Source: a virus
Lineage: Duplodnaviria; Caudoviricetes
Strand: one strand, 5' to 3'
IMG/VR virus record: IMGVR_UViG_3300044983_000185
Location: 1 to 43,690 of that record
Length of the DNA: 43,690 nucleotides
Both the position numbers and the translations under genes were made by a program. A model generated the notes under the pieces. It searched no databases and was not told the DNA's origin. It worked only from the letters and a program-made list of their open reading frames with translations. Of this stretch, positions 25,374 to 34,902 are shown piece after piece. The stretch's first letter is position 1, and each line of letters begins with the position of its first letter.

Positions 25374-26470
25374 AGGCGCTCGACCTGTTCGCGGGAGCGG
25401 GAGGCTGGGACGTCGCGGCACGACGCCTCGGCATCCCCGTCGATCGTGTCGAGATCTGGGCGCCCGCCGTCGCCACAGCCGCGGCGGCGGGAATGCCCAC
25501 CCTCCATGACGATGTGACGACATACTCCACAACCCTGGGGCAGCACCAGATCCACCTGGGTTCGCCCTCCTGCAAGCGATACAGCATGGCTGGCAACGGC
25601 GCAGGACGACGTGCGCTCGATCAGGTGCTGCACGGTGTCGACGTCTACCGGCGGGGCGGGCGGATGACGCATGATCAGGCCGTAGCGCTGATCGGCGACG
25701 CAGACGCCGCGCTCACCCTGGAACCTTTGCGTATCGCGCTGGAGGGTGAACCAGCCTACATTGCATGGGAGCAGGTCCCCGCCGTGCGTCCCGTCTGGGA
25801 GGCGTGCGCGGAGGTGCTCGCCGAATACGGCTATTCGGTAGTCACCGGCGTACTGAACGCCGAACAGTACGGAGTGCCACAGACAAGACGCCGCGCCATC
25901 CTCATGGCTCGGCGTGACGGGCAGCGCGCTGGTCTCCCCGTACCGACGCACAGCCGCTTCTGGTCGCGTGATCCGAGACGGCTCGATCAGGGCGTCAAGT
26001 CGTGGATTTCCATGGCGGAAGCGCTGGGATGGGGCATGACGGAGCGCCCGAGCATGACTGTGTGCGGCGGAGGGACCGAAACCGGGGGAGCCGAGCCGTT
26101 CGGCAACGCGGCTCGGGCGGGGATCCGGCGCGAACTGGAGGCCGGTCGCTGGGCATTGCGCAACAACAACACGGAGCATGCCTGCGAACGAGAACTCGAT
26201 CAGCCGGCGGGAACGGTTCAACGCTCGAACTACTCCGCTCCTGGCCAGCCAGGGCAGGCGGCAACCGAGCGTGGACGGACGACGCGGGAACTCGATCAGC
26301 CGTCCATTGCACGAGGTATCCGCGTTGATCCACTGGAGGCCGCCTGTCTCCAGACCTTTCCGGCAGATTATCCGTGGCAGGGCAACAAGGGTCAGGTGTT
26401 TCAGCAGATCGGCAACGCCGTTCCGCCGGTTCTGGCTGAGGCTGTCCTGACGGCCCTGCTTCAGGCGTAG
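25370..26470 (+). CDS. C5 DNA cytosine methyltransferase
   Basis: DLFAGAGG, SPSC, EQV, YGVPQTRRR, LQTFP, QIGNAVPP motifs. Confidence 0.92.
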   Translation: MKALDLFAGAGGWDVAARRLGIPVDRVEIWAPAVATAAAAGMPTLHDDVTTYSTTLGQHQIHLGSPSCKRYSMAGNGAGRRALDQVLHGVDVYRRGGRMTHDQAVALIGDADAALTLEPLRIALEGEPAYIAWEQVPAVRPVWEACAEVLAEYGYSVVTGVLNAEQYGVPQTRRRAILMARRDGQRAGLPVPTHSRFWSRDPRRLDQGVKSWISMAEALGWGMTERPSMTVCGGGTETGGAEPFGNAARAGIRRELEAGRWALRNNNTEHACERELDQPAGTVQRSNYSAPGQPGQAATERGRTTRELDQPSIARGIRVDPLEAACLQTFPADYPWQGNKGQVFQQIGNAVPPVLAEAVLTALLQA

Positions 26471-26493
26471 CCTGACAAGCCCAGAACAAACAC

Positions 26494-26523
26494 AAGGCCC
26501 CGGGAGGCTAACCCCGGGGCCTT
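26494..26523. terminator. Hairpin after the methyltransferase
   Basis: AAGGCCCCGGG/CCCGGGGCCTT. Confidence 0.55.
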
Positions 26524-26547
26524 GTCGACAACAGAAAAAGGCGACGC

Positions 26548-29196
26548 ATGCAGGACGATACCAGGACAGCCGACATCCACGCATATCTAGTGGGCCTGTA
26601 CGGCGAACACCCCCACGGGTTGTTGTGGATCGGTGGCCAGGCCGACGGCTGGCGCGGCAAGACATTCGATACCGTCGATGGCGCCACCGCGTATGCCGCA
26701 TACCTGGACGATCAGGGCGGCATCGGCGTGTACCACCGCAGTACCACCCTGGCCCGAGTGCCGGAGAAGCGTGGCGACGCCGCGGACTCGCACGCCGTGC
26801 ACTACTTCGCGCTCGACGTGGACATCACCGGCCCCGGCCATAAGGCGAGCAACCTCCCCGCGAACTTCGAAGACGTCGAGCGCCTGATCGAGAAGGCCGG
26901 CTTCCCGGTGCCCACGGCGTGGGTGTTCTCCGGCGGCGGCTTCTACCCGCAGTGGCGCTTTACCGAGCCGATCGACGTGCGCGGCCAGGAGGAGCGAGAG
27001 TGGGTGCAGGACGCATTCGCACAGATCAGCGCCCACTTCATCGCCACCGCCGCGGAACTCGGCTGGAAGCTCGACAACGTGCGCGACCTCGCCCGGGTGT
27101 TCCGGCTACCCGGCACGGTCAACCGCAAGGTGCCGGACGCGCCGGTGCGCTGCGTCGTGCTGCATCCGGGCGCACAGGAGGAAACCGGACTGACGCACGA
27201 CCTCGGCGTGCTCGCCTCACTCGCCCGGCCGGCGCGCGGGGTTGTACACGCCGCGCCCGCTTCTATGTCGGCGACCGCATCCGACCCCACGGACGACCTG
27301 TTCGACAGCGCCGAGAAGACGTTCACGCGCGCACAGGCGACGGCCAGGGTGAACGCGGCCGGCGCGATCCTCAAGGCGACGGACAGCGGCTTCAACGCTG
27401 CGATCAACAACTTCGCGATGGTGTGCGCGCACTTCCCCTGGCTGGTCGACCGGGCCAAGTGCGCGGAGCTGATGATCCGATGGCTCGGCAAGGCGCAAGG
27501 CTGGGACGCGCCTGACCGTGACGACATCTCGACGATCAACAGCGCGTACTGCGCGACCGAGGCCGGCAAGAGCTGGATCGCGGTCAAGATCGAAGGCCCG
27601 GCGCAAGCGGACGGCCAGGAGGGTGAGGCGCTGCTCATCCAGTCCTCGGCCGAGATGGCGTACTGGCTGGCCGACAACGCCGGTGCCGGCCGGATGAGCG
27701 GCTTCTTCCTGCGCAACGGCGACATGGTCCACACGCCGCGGATCAACGAGGCCGGATACGTGGCCGCCCCTGACGGCGGGCGCAACGGGCCGGCCGAGAT
27801 CCGCGCGGTCACCGCGCCCGTGCTTGCCGCGAAGCTGCAATACCTCTACCGGTGCTACAAGCTCGTGGACGTCAAGGATGATGCCGGCAAGCCGACCGGC
27901 GCGAAGACGGAAGTGCCCGCGCTGTTTCCGGTGGAGGCGGCCAGGAGGGGGGTGGACGCGCCGGAGTTCCTCACCGGCCTGCGCTCCCTGGCCGGCCTGA
28001 CCGGCACGCCGATGTCGCGTGCCGACGGCTCACTACTGCTCGATCCCGGCTACGACGACGCGAGTGGCTACCTGTTCCTGCCTGAGCAGGGCGTGAACGT
28101 CCCGCCGATTCCGGGCGTGCCGACGGACGAGGAGATCGCACGGGCGCGTGACGTGCTCACGAGCATGGTGTTCGACTTCCCGTTCGCGACCGATGACGAT
28201 CGCGCGAACTATCTCGGTTTGCTGCTGACGCCGCTGTTGCGGCAGGTGACGCCACCGTCGTACAAGTTGTTCGGCATCGGCGCGCATCAGCCGGGGTCGG
28301 GCAAGAGCCTGCTCGCGGAGATCGCGTCGATCATTCACGGTGGGGTGCTGCGTTCCGAGGTGCCTGAGGACGAGGCGGAATGGCGCAAGCAGGGTACGAC
28401 GATCCTGGCCACCACGTCCGCGCCGGTCGTGGTGATCGACAACATCATGGGCGTGCTCAAGAGCTCGTACCTGGCCGGCCTGCTCACCGCGGGGCGCGAG
28501 GTGACGGACCGAGAGCTGGGCACGATGAAGTCGGTGACCGTGGCCAATGACCGGGTGTGGGTGGTCACCGGCAACAACCTGAGTATCGGCGGTGACCTCG
28601 TCCGCCGGACGATCACGATCCTGATCGATCCGGACATCCCGAACCCGGAGAAACGCGTCGACTTCCAGATTCCTGACCTGCGGGCATGGGTGGTCGAGCA
28701 CCGGAACTTGATCCTATGGTCGCTGCTGACCCTGATCCGGGCGTGGGCGAGCGAGGGAATGCCGCTCGCGAGCCGCAAACAGTCGGACTCGTACGCGCAC
28801 TGGCAGAAGGCCGTCGCGGGGATCCTCGCCGTGGCCGGCATCGGCGGGGAGTTCGACAAGGACTCCGGACAGCGTGCGGCGGCCGGTGGCGACGATGACG
28901 GTCTCGTGCAGGTTCTCGGCGTGCTGCGGGAGCGGTTCGGGGAGCGGGCGTTCAGCTCGGCCGAGGCGTTGGAGTCGAAGTCCGAGGACGGTTGGCTGAT
29001 CGAGCAGCGGGACTGGCTGCCGACACCGGTTCTGGACAAAACGGCACGCAGCGAAGCGGCCGGACGCAAGGCGTTCGGGTGGTGGATGCGCAATCGGATC
29101 GGCCGTTGGGTGACTGACAGTGACGGTCGGTCCATGGTCATCCGTGAGGCGGGACGTGACTACAGGGGCGCGTCGTGGCGCGTGGAAATCAGGTAG
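26548..29196 (+). CDS. DNA primase-helicase (RepB-like AEP primase plus P-loop ATPase)
   Basis: LDVD, SGGG, RVFRLPGTVN; GSGKS, VIDN, TGNN motifs. Confidence 0.88.
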   Translation: MQDDTRTADIHAYLVGLYGEHPHGLLWIGGQADGWRGKTFDTVDGATAYAAYLDDQGGIGVYHRSTTLARVPEKRGDAADSHAVHYFALDVDITGPGHKASNLPANFEDVERLIEKAGFPVPTAWVFSGGGFYPQWRFTEPIDVRGQEEREWVQDAFAQISAHFIATAAELGWKLDNVRDLARVFRLPGTVNRKVPDAPVRCVVLHPGAQEETGLTHDLGVLASLARPARGVVHAAPASMSATASDPTDDLFDSAEKTFTRAQATARVNAAGAILKATDSGFNAAINNFAMVCAHFPWLVDRAKCAELMIRWLGKAQGWDAPDRDDISTINSAYCATEAGKSWIAVKIEGPAQADGQEGEALLIQSSAEMAYWLADNAGAGRMSGFFLRNGDMVHTPRINEAGYVAAPDGGRNGPAEIRAVTAPVLAAKLQYLYRCYKLVDVKDDAGKPTGAKTEVPALFPVEAARRGVDAPEFLTGLRSLAGLTGTPMSRADGSLLLDPGYDDASGYLFLPEQGVNVPPIPGVPTDEEIARARDVLTSMVFDFPFATDDDRANYLGLLLTPLLRQVTPPSYKLFGIGAHQPGSGKSLLAEIASIIHGGVLRSEVPEDEAEWRKQGTTILATTSAPVVVIDNIMGVLKSSYLAGLLTAGREVTDRELGTMKSVTVANDRVWVVTGNNLSIGGDLVRRTITILIDPDIPNPEKRVDFQIPDLRAWVVEHRNLILWSLLTLIRAWASEGMPLASRKQSDSYAHWQKAVAGILAVAGIGGEFDKDSGQRAAAGGDDDGLVQVLGVLRERFGERAFSSAEALESKSEDGWLIEQRDWLPTPVLDKTARSEAAGRKAFGWWMRNRIGRWVTDSDGRSMVIREAGRDYRGASWRVEIR

Positions 29197-29214
29197 GCCT
29201 GTTATAGCAGGTTC

Positions 29215-29248
29215 GGGCGCATCCCTTATGTAGGGATGCGCCCTTTTT
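29215..29248 (+). terminator. Rho-independent terminator
   Basis: 11-bp stem GGGCGCATCCC followed by T5. Confidence 0.8.
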
Positions 29249-29250
29249 GC

Positions 29251-29390
29251 AACCCTGACAACCTGACGAACCTGACAAGAATCCGGAGATCTAAGCGCGC
29301 GATTTTTTCATTCCTATACATTTAGTAGGAGTTAGATTTTTGGGGCAGAGAGGGCTGCCGAAAGTATCAGGATTACCAGGTTGTCAGGAT
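29251..29390. other. Putative replication origin
   Basis: Three CCTGAC repeats, AT-rich core, inverted copies on the other side; follows the primase-helicase. Confidence 0.55.
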
Positions 29391-29461
29391 CGGAGGCTCC
29401 GCGTGCTCTGCTGGCCGAAAGTGACGATGCGCAACGAGGCTCGACCTGCTATAGTTGGTCC

Positions 29462-29932
29462 ATGACGCTCCACGCATACCCCGACCTCAGCAAGCACGAC
29501 AGCGACATCGTGATCCGCTCCGCCGCGCACACGTTGGCCGACGCGGTCACCCCGGACAGCACGCGACTCCGTAACGACGTCACGGACTTCGACATCGCGC
29601 GCCTCATGCTCGCGCTGGAGACCGGGCAGGTGATCGTTCCGGCCGGCAGTGGCTGGAAGGCACTCGACGTCCGGCCGCTGCTTCAGGCGTTCGTGCCGCA
29701 CCTGTACACCACGATCAGCGAGGCGCTGCGGCTCGGCCTCGTCCACCTCGACAGCGTGCGCACCTCGCCCGGTATCGTGCGTCACCAGCTGGTCGGTGCA
29801 GCCGTGCACCTGCGGCGCGAGGTGGGCAGGACGCAATGCGCGGCGTCGCTCGCGATTCCGTTCATGCGGTACCGGCTTGTGGACGATGAGGACCTTGTCG
29901 ACTGCACGGCTTGCCTGCTGGCGAATCGATGA
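29462..29932 (+). CDS. Hypothetical protein with C-terminal Zn-binding motif, leaderless
   Basis: TATAGT-N6-ATG; H...C...VDCTAC. Confidence 0.7.
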   Translation: MTLHAYPDLSKHDSDIVIRSAAHTLADAVTPDSTRLRNDVTDFDIARLMLALETGQVIVPAGSGWKALDVRPLLQAFVPHLYTTISEALRLGLVHLDSVRTSPGIVRHQLVGAAVHLRREVGRTQCAASLAIPFMRYRLVDDEDLVDCTACLLANR

Positions 29933-29946
29933 GCAATACTAGGTCC

Positions 29947-30552
29947 ATGGAGACGACCACACGACCCAACGGCACGGCCCCGCTCGACGCCGGTACGTAC
30001 AAGCTCGGCGCGAAGGGCGGCCGGATGGCGTCCGCGTGGCAGCACGTCTGGGATCGCCTCGACCGCACCGAGTACAGGGGCGCGCTCGAACTCGCGCAGG
30101 CCGCGGCACAGGCTTACGACCTGAAGTCCGTCAGCGTGAGCGAGATGCTGTGCCGGATGCGCGCGGCCGGCGTCATCGAGCAGAAGATGATCAAGGCGCC
30201 GACCACGTACAACCGCCCGCAGACGCGCACTGAGTACGCCGTTGGCGATTGGGACATGCCGATCACCCTGACCGATAAGCAATGCAAATCGGACTTCGAC
30301 GACGTGCTTCGTGTAGTGATGGAACGTGCTCATAAGGAGCTGCACGACGCGGAATATGTCGATCACAAGTACTTCGTTCGGGAAGCCTCCGAGGATCTTG
30401 GGCTGAATCTCAGGATGATCGGCGAGGCACTCCGGGTGATGACGGAGGCGGGAGTCCTGAGCTGCGAGAGGGTGACCAGGGACAGCGAGTTCACCGCGAA
30501 CCGGCCGCGTGTGCACTACCGGATCGCGGAGACCAGCGATGCAGCCCGCTGA
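29947..30552 (+). CDS. Tandem winged-HTH-like protein
   Basis: Two similar units (EMLCRMRAAGVI, EALRVMTEAGVL); AATACT-N6-ATG. Confidence 0.6.
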   Translation: METTTRPNGTAPLDAGTYKLGAKGGRMASAWQHVWDRLDRTEYRGALELAQAAAQAYDLKSVSVSEMLCRMRAAGVIEQKMIKAPTTYNRPQTRTEYAVGDWDMPITLTDKQCKSDFDDVLRVVMERAHKELHDAEYVDHKYFVREASEDLGLNLRMIGEALRVMTEAGVLSCERVTRDSEFTANRPRVHYRIAETSDAAR

Positions 30553-31003
30553 GAAGGCCGTCACGGCGACAGCGGCATGGGAGCCACCCCCGGGCATGCA
30601 CCGGGAGGTGGCGTCCGCCTGGCGGGCCTTCTACGGCAGCATCCGGCGCGACTTCGGGGTTGCCCCAAAGCTGTACCGGGCGCTGTACCTTGCGCAGTCC
30701 GGCCGCTGCTACGTCTGTCGGATCGCGAAGGGTATTCACCCGGACGACCCGAAGGGCTACGGAAACCGGCGCCTCGGTGTCGACCATAACCACGCGATGG
30801 GGGGCGGCAAGATCGAAGCGGTCCGTGCGCTGGTCTGCACCGGCAGCCTGAGTGCGAACACCTGCAACCGGCTGATCGCACGCTACGACGTCGGCCAGCT
30901 TCAGCGGGCGATCGAAGTCCTTGCCGGCGCGCCGGCGCAACGGCTGTTCACGTCGCTGCCGACCATCCCTGACGGACAGCTCACCGGATGGCTGACGCGA
31001 TGA
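30539..31003 (+). CDS. Recombination endonuclease VII
   Basis: QSGRCYVC, VDHNH, VRALVC...CN motifs. Confidence 0.88.
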   Translation: MQPAEKAVTATAAWEPPPGMHREVASAWRAFYGSIRRDFGVAPKLYRALYLAQSGRCYVCRIAKGIHPDDPKGYGNRRLGVDHNHAMGGGKIEAVRALVCTGSLSANTCNRLIARYDVGQLQRAIEVLAGAPAQRLFTSLPTIPDGQLTGWLTR

Positions 31004-31644
31004 TCCACGCCTGCACGAACGAATGCCAGCACCGGAGTGTACGCATGCCCGGCGGCATCCTGGTCATCGAACCGCCTCTCGTGCTCGCGTCCACCGCGGG
31101 GCAGCGTGTGGAATATCTCGGCCGCTACGGCGATGCCGACTGGAGCAAGCACACGTGGCGCGTGGGCGGCAGGAAGTACCGGCACGTCCCGCGCAACCCG
31201 GACGCGAGCGAGGGCAAGAAGACCACGCGGGAGATCAAGTGCGAGTACCGGCGCGAGGTCTACACCGGCTCCGGCCCGGTCGGGCCGATCGACTTCAGCA
31301 GGCCGGCAATGGAGGAGAAAATGGCCTTTCCGGCGCCCGCGCTGACCTCCCACGACCCGTTACCGCAACCGGCGTCCGGGCCGGCGGCCGGTCTGCTCAG
31401 CCTGGCAATGTCGTTCGGATGGGACGGAACGATCACGATGGCTCGTGGGTACGTCCCGCACGCAACGCACGGTATGCCGTCGGCAGCGGAGAAGTTCAGC
31501 GAGGCCGTGCGACTGTCGCGTGGCGCACGGCGCGCGGTCGCGGTGAGGATGGGCGGATCATGGAGCTTGTTCCGGACGTGGGGGCCGGACGAGTTCTTCG
31601 TCAAGTACACGACACTGGAAGCATTCCAGGGGGCGCTGACGTGA
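31000..31644 (+). CDS. Hypothetical protein
   Basis: Coupled start and stop. Confidence 0.65.
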   Translation: MIHACTNECQHRSVRMPGGILVIEPPLVLASTAGQRVEYLGRYGDADWSKHTWRVGGRKYRHVPRNPDASEGKKTTREIKCEYRREVYTGSGPVGPIDFSRPAMEEKMAFPAPALTSHDPLPQPASGPAAGLLSLAMSFGWDGTITMARGYVPHATHGMPSAAEKFSEAVRLSRGARRAVAVRMGGSWSLFRTWGPDEFFVKYTTLEAFQGALT

Positions 31645-31826
31645 CGCACGCGAACATGATCGATGCCCTCGTGGATGCCATCGAGGCGTCGCAGGGACTT
31701 CCCGTGCCGACACCTCGACAATTTGCCATACGCATTGAAGAGCAACTCCTCGAACGTGGTTATGCAATCACTCGCAGACGGACGCCCATCCCTCAACCGC
31801 AACCTCGACCGATTTCGAGTTGGTAA
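31641..31826 (+). CDS. Hypothetical protein
   Basis: GTGA overlap; lower-GC 3' half. Confidence 0.5.
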   Translation: MTHANMIDALVDAIEASQGLPVPTPRQFAIRIEEQLLERGYAITRRRTPIPQPQPRPISSW

Positions 31827-31850
31827 CTGTGGATAGCCCTGTGCACGGCT

Positions 31851-32357
31851 GTGAGGTTTCCTGTGGGTAATCCGATCAACAAGGCCCCCCTTGAGCTCCC
31901 CTGGACGCGACGGAAACTGATCGTCGATCTCGCGCTGTCCGGCCTGTCGCAAGGGAAGCTGGGCGAAAAGTACGGCGTGACGCAGCAGTCGATCAGCGAT
32001 TTCAAGGCCCGGCATCTCCCCGAGATCGCTGCCGTCCTGGCCGACAAGGAGAACGAGTTCGCAGGCATCGCCATCGCGGAGAAGGCGGTCCGCCTGTCCA
32101 CGTACGCGGACATCCTGGAGACCGCGCTGAAGCCGGTACCAAAGACGAATAGCAAGGGCGAGATCGTGTACGGGGAGCCGGACGAGAACGGGGAGCGGAA
32201 GGCGATTATGGAGATCGACGCGGGCGCAGCGTTGAAGGCGCTGCGCAACGTCGCGGAGGAACTCGGGCATCTGCCGAACCGGGTGACGCTGGGCGGCGAG
32301 GTGGGCATCAAGACCGAGTACACGGTGAACGGCGTCTCGCCGGAGAATCTGAAGTGA
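31851..32357 (+). CDS. Probable terminase small subunit (HTH)
   Basis: SQGKLGEKYGVTQQSIS HTH; upstream of the large terminase; start uncertain (31851 or 31863). Confidence 0.65.
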   Translation: MRFPVGNPINKAPLELPWTRRKLIVDLALSGLSQGKLGEKYGVTQQSISDFKARHLPEIAAVLADKENEFAGIAIAEKAVRLSTYADILETALKPVPKTNSKGEIVYGEPDENGERKAIMEIDAGAALKALRNVAEELGHLPNRVTLGGEVGIKTEYTVNGVSPENLK

Positions 32358-32485
32358 CCGGCGACGGCCCGGGCACCGCGGGTTGGGTGATGGTCGGTGT
32401 GCTGTCGCTGCTCGGCCTCGTCTGCTGCGCCATCCCTGGCGCGCTGATGATCATCGGCTTCCTCTCGGATGCGATGTCGCGGTGA
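32354..32485 (+). CDS. Small membrane protein
   Basis: 43-aa hydrophobic ORF, coupled. Confidence 0.5.
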   Translation: MTGDGPGTAGWVMVGVLSLLGLVCCAIPGALMIIGFLSDAMSR

Positions 32486-32661
32486 GCGTGCTCGCGATCG
32501 TCCTGGGCGCTGCCCTTACGGTGACCGGGCTCCTGATCGAGATCAGGTTCCTCCATACGCGCGACACGCGCCGCGCCATCATCCTGATGCTCTGCATGAT
32601 CGTGTGCATGCTCGGAGCCACGGGCCTGCTTGCCGCGGGGATAGTGGGGTTGACCTCATGA
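32482..32661 (+). CDS. Small two-TM protein
   Basis: Coupled; hydrophobic. Confidence 0.55.
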   Translation: MSVLAIVLGAALTVTGLLIEIRFLHTRDTRRAIILMLCMIVCMLGATGLLAAGIVGLTS

Positions 32662-32825
32662 GCTTCTTCCAGACCGCGCGCCGCGCCGGTGCAGAGGAGT
32701 ACGGCCGGCGCCGGGCCGAGTCGTACGGCAAGCAGGCCCGGGCGAGCGCCGTGCTCGGCGTGCTACTGGCCGTCGTGCTCGTGCTGGGGATCGTCGCCGC
32801 GGCGCAGGGCGCGCTGGGCGGCTAG
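32658..32825 (+). CDS. Small membrane protein
   Basis: Coupled; C-terminal TM. Confidence 0.55.
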   Translation: MSFFQTARRAGAEEYGRRRAESYGKQARASAVLGVLLAVVLVLGIVAAAQGALGG

Positions 32826-32843
32826 GCCTGCTATAGTGGACTC

Positions 32844-32958
32844 GCGCGCTTACCGGTGACAGCCGATGCATTCCAGTGCATACGGGGTAAGACGCGCGCA
32901 GGATGCCCCAACCGATGCGTGACCCGACGCATGGCTGAGGACGGTTGGGGCATACCTG
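32844..32958 (+). ncRNA. Putative two-domain structured small RNA
   Basis: TGCTATAGT promoter without ATG at +1; two long stems. Confidence 0.55.
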
Positions 32959-32987
32959 TATCTGGGCCGATCCACTATACTGGGCTG

Positions 32988-33467
32988 ATGATGAAGCGCA
33001 TACTCGCAACGCTCGCCGTTGCGGTCCTCTCGATCTTCGGATTCGCGGTGCCTGCACAAGCCAGTACCTACCACTCGTGCGGCGACGGCTGGATCTGCTT
33101 CTACAACTGGGAGTCCGCCGACACCGGCGGCGGGGTCTGGGGCATGCGGATCTACGCCGACGGCGTGCACAACTGGGCGTACGGGTTCTGCCAGACCATG
33201 CCGACCACCGGCACCAACTTCCCCGGCGGCACGGCCTACAACAAGGCGACCAGCATCGTCGTCAACAACACGCCCAACCCGAACGCGCTGAGCTTCGACG
33301 TGCGGTTCTACGACGGGAACAACTGCGGTGACCCGTACCCGCTCACGTTCTCGAACGTGCCGCTCGGTGTGCTCGCGATCAACCGGCTCGCCGACTACGC
33401 CAACACGAACAACGGACAGATCACCAACTGGAACGACGCGATCGGCAGCTTCCTGATCACGGGCTGA
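32988..33467 (+). CDS. Secreted beta/gamma-crystallin-fold protein (peptidase inhibitor I36-like), leaderless
   Basis: Signal peptide ending AQA; CGDGWICFY, NKATSIVV and WNDAIGS motifs; TATACT-N6-ATG. Confidence 0.7.
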   Translation: MMKRILATLAVAVLSIFGFAVPAQASTYHSCGDGWICFYNWESADTGGGVWGMRIYADGVHNWAYGFCQTMPTTGTNFPGGTAYNKATSIVVNNTPNPNALSFDVRFYDGNNCGDPYPLTFSNVPLGVLAINRLADYANTNNGQITNWNDAIGSFLITG

Positions 33468-33505
33468 GCCTGTTACGGTCGGAGACGGTCTGACCTGACC
33501 ACTAC

Positions 33506-33552
33506 GAGAACCGCCCAGCCTCTTCCCCCCGTTGGAGGCCGGGCGGTTTCTC
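33506..33552 (+). terminator. Hairpin after the secreted-protein gene
   Basis: AACCGCCC...GGGCGGTT stem. Confidence 0.6.
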
Positions 33553-33573
33553 GTTTACCCGCATACTTGACCT

Positions 33574-34902
33574 GTGCAGGTCCTTGATCACACCGTCGAA
33601 CTCCGCGGCGCCGCCCTGGAACTCGCCAACAGCCGCGCGTCCGAGATCCTCATCTCCGGCGCCGCCGGCACCGGCAAAAGCCGAGGCGTCCTGGAGAAGA
33701 TCAATCTCGTGTGCCTGCTCACCCGCGGCGTCAAATGCCTGATCCTTCGCCGCACCGCGCGCAGCCTGGCTACATCCGCGCTGCGTACGTGGGAGCGTGA
33801 CGTCGTGCGCGAAGCCATGCGCGACGGCAGCGTGTGGTTCTACGGAGGCTCGGCCAGGGAGCCGGCGCAGTACCGCTACAGCAACGGCAGCGCGGTCGTC
33901 ATCGGCGGACTCGATGACCCGATGAAGGTGATGAGCACCGAGTACGATATCGCCTTTATCCAGGAATGTACCGAGGTCAGCGAGGACGACTGGGAGTCCG
34001 TCAGCATCCGCCTGCGTAACGGCGCCATCTCCTTCCAGCAGATCATCGGCGACTGCAACCCCGGTCACCCCACACACTGGCTGCTCGAACGCGCCGCGAC
34101 CGGCAAGCTCCTGCACCTGGTCAGCCAGCACGAGGACAACCCGCGGTACTTCACGATCGACGGCACGCCCACCGCGGAAGGCGTCGACTACATCGCCCGG
34201 CTCGACTCGCTCACCGGTGTGCGCTACCTGCGGCTACGCAAGAACCAGTGGGCAGCAGCGGAAGGCGTGATCTTCGAGAGCTTCGACGCGGCCATCCACG
34301 TCATCGACCGCTTCGACATCCCCGACGACTGGGAACGCGTGTGGGGCATCGACTTCGGCCACACCAACCCATTCGTCTGGCAGGACTGGGCGATCGACGA
34401 GGATGGCCGCGCTTACCTCGTCCGCGAGATCTACATGTCCGGCCGCATCGTCGAAGACCACGCCCGGCAGATCCTCGACCTGTGCACCGACGGCAACGGA
34501 GAATGGATCGTGCCGCGCCCGTCCGCGATCGTCTGCGATCACGATGCGGAGGACCGGGCCACGTTCGAGCGGCACATCGGTATGGGCACCGTGCCTGCGG
34601 ACAAGGCGGTCCTGCCCGGCATCGACGCCATGGAGGCGCGGCTACGCGTTGCGGGTGACGGCCGGCCGCGGATGTTCTTCTTCAAGGACGCGCTCATCGA
34701 GCGTGACCCGCTGATGGTGGAGCAGAAGAAGCCGACGCGCACCGTCGAAGAGATACCCGCCTATATCTGGGCGCCCGAGCCGCCGTCCGCGGACCGCAAG
34801 GACCAGAAACCGCTGAAGCGGAATGACCATGGATGCGACACAGCACGCTATATTTCCGTGGAAATAGATCTGCACGGACCGACGACGGTGAGGTGGGGAT
34901 GA
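33574..34902 (+). CDS. terL: Terminase large subunit
   Basis: GAAGTGKS, FIQE, DCNP, GIDFG, NDHGCD motifs; CATACT-N6-GTG. Confidence 0.95.
   Translation: MQVLDHTVELRGAALELANSRASEILISGAAGTGKSRGVLEKINLVCLLTRGVKCLILRRTARSLATSALRTWERDVVREAMRDGSVWFYGGSAREPAQYRYSNGSAVVIGGLDDPMKVMSTEYDIAFIQECTEVSEDDWESVSIRLRNGAISFQQIIGDCNPGHPTHWLLERAATGKLLHLVSQHEDNPRYFTIDGTPTAEGVDYIARLDSLTGVRYLRLRKNQWAAAEGVIFESFDAAIHVIDRFDIPDDWERVWGIDFGHTNPFVWQDWAIDEDGRAYLVREIYMSGRIVEDHARQILDLCTDGNGEWIVPRPSAIVCDHDAEDRATFERHIGMGTVPADKAVLPGIDAMEARLRVAGDGRPRMFFFKDALIERDPLMVEQKKPTRTVEEIPAYIWAPEPPSADRKDQKPLKRNDHGCDTARYISVEIDLHGPTTVRWG

Noticed and set aside
29201-29210. Antisense promoter TGCTATAAC
   Set aside because: Lacks the final T of the -10 and has no downstream ORF
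32935-32941. CTGAGGA as a hammerhead ribozyme core
   Set aside because: No GAAA and third stem in the required arrangement
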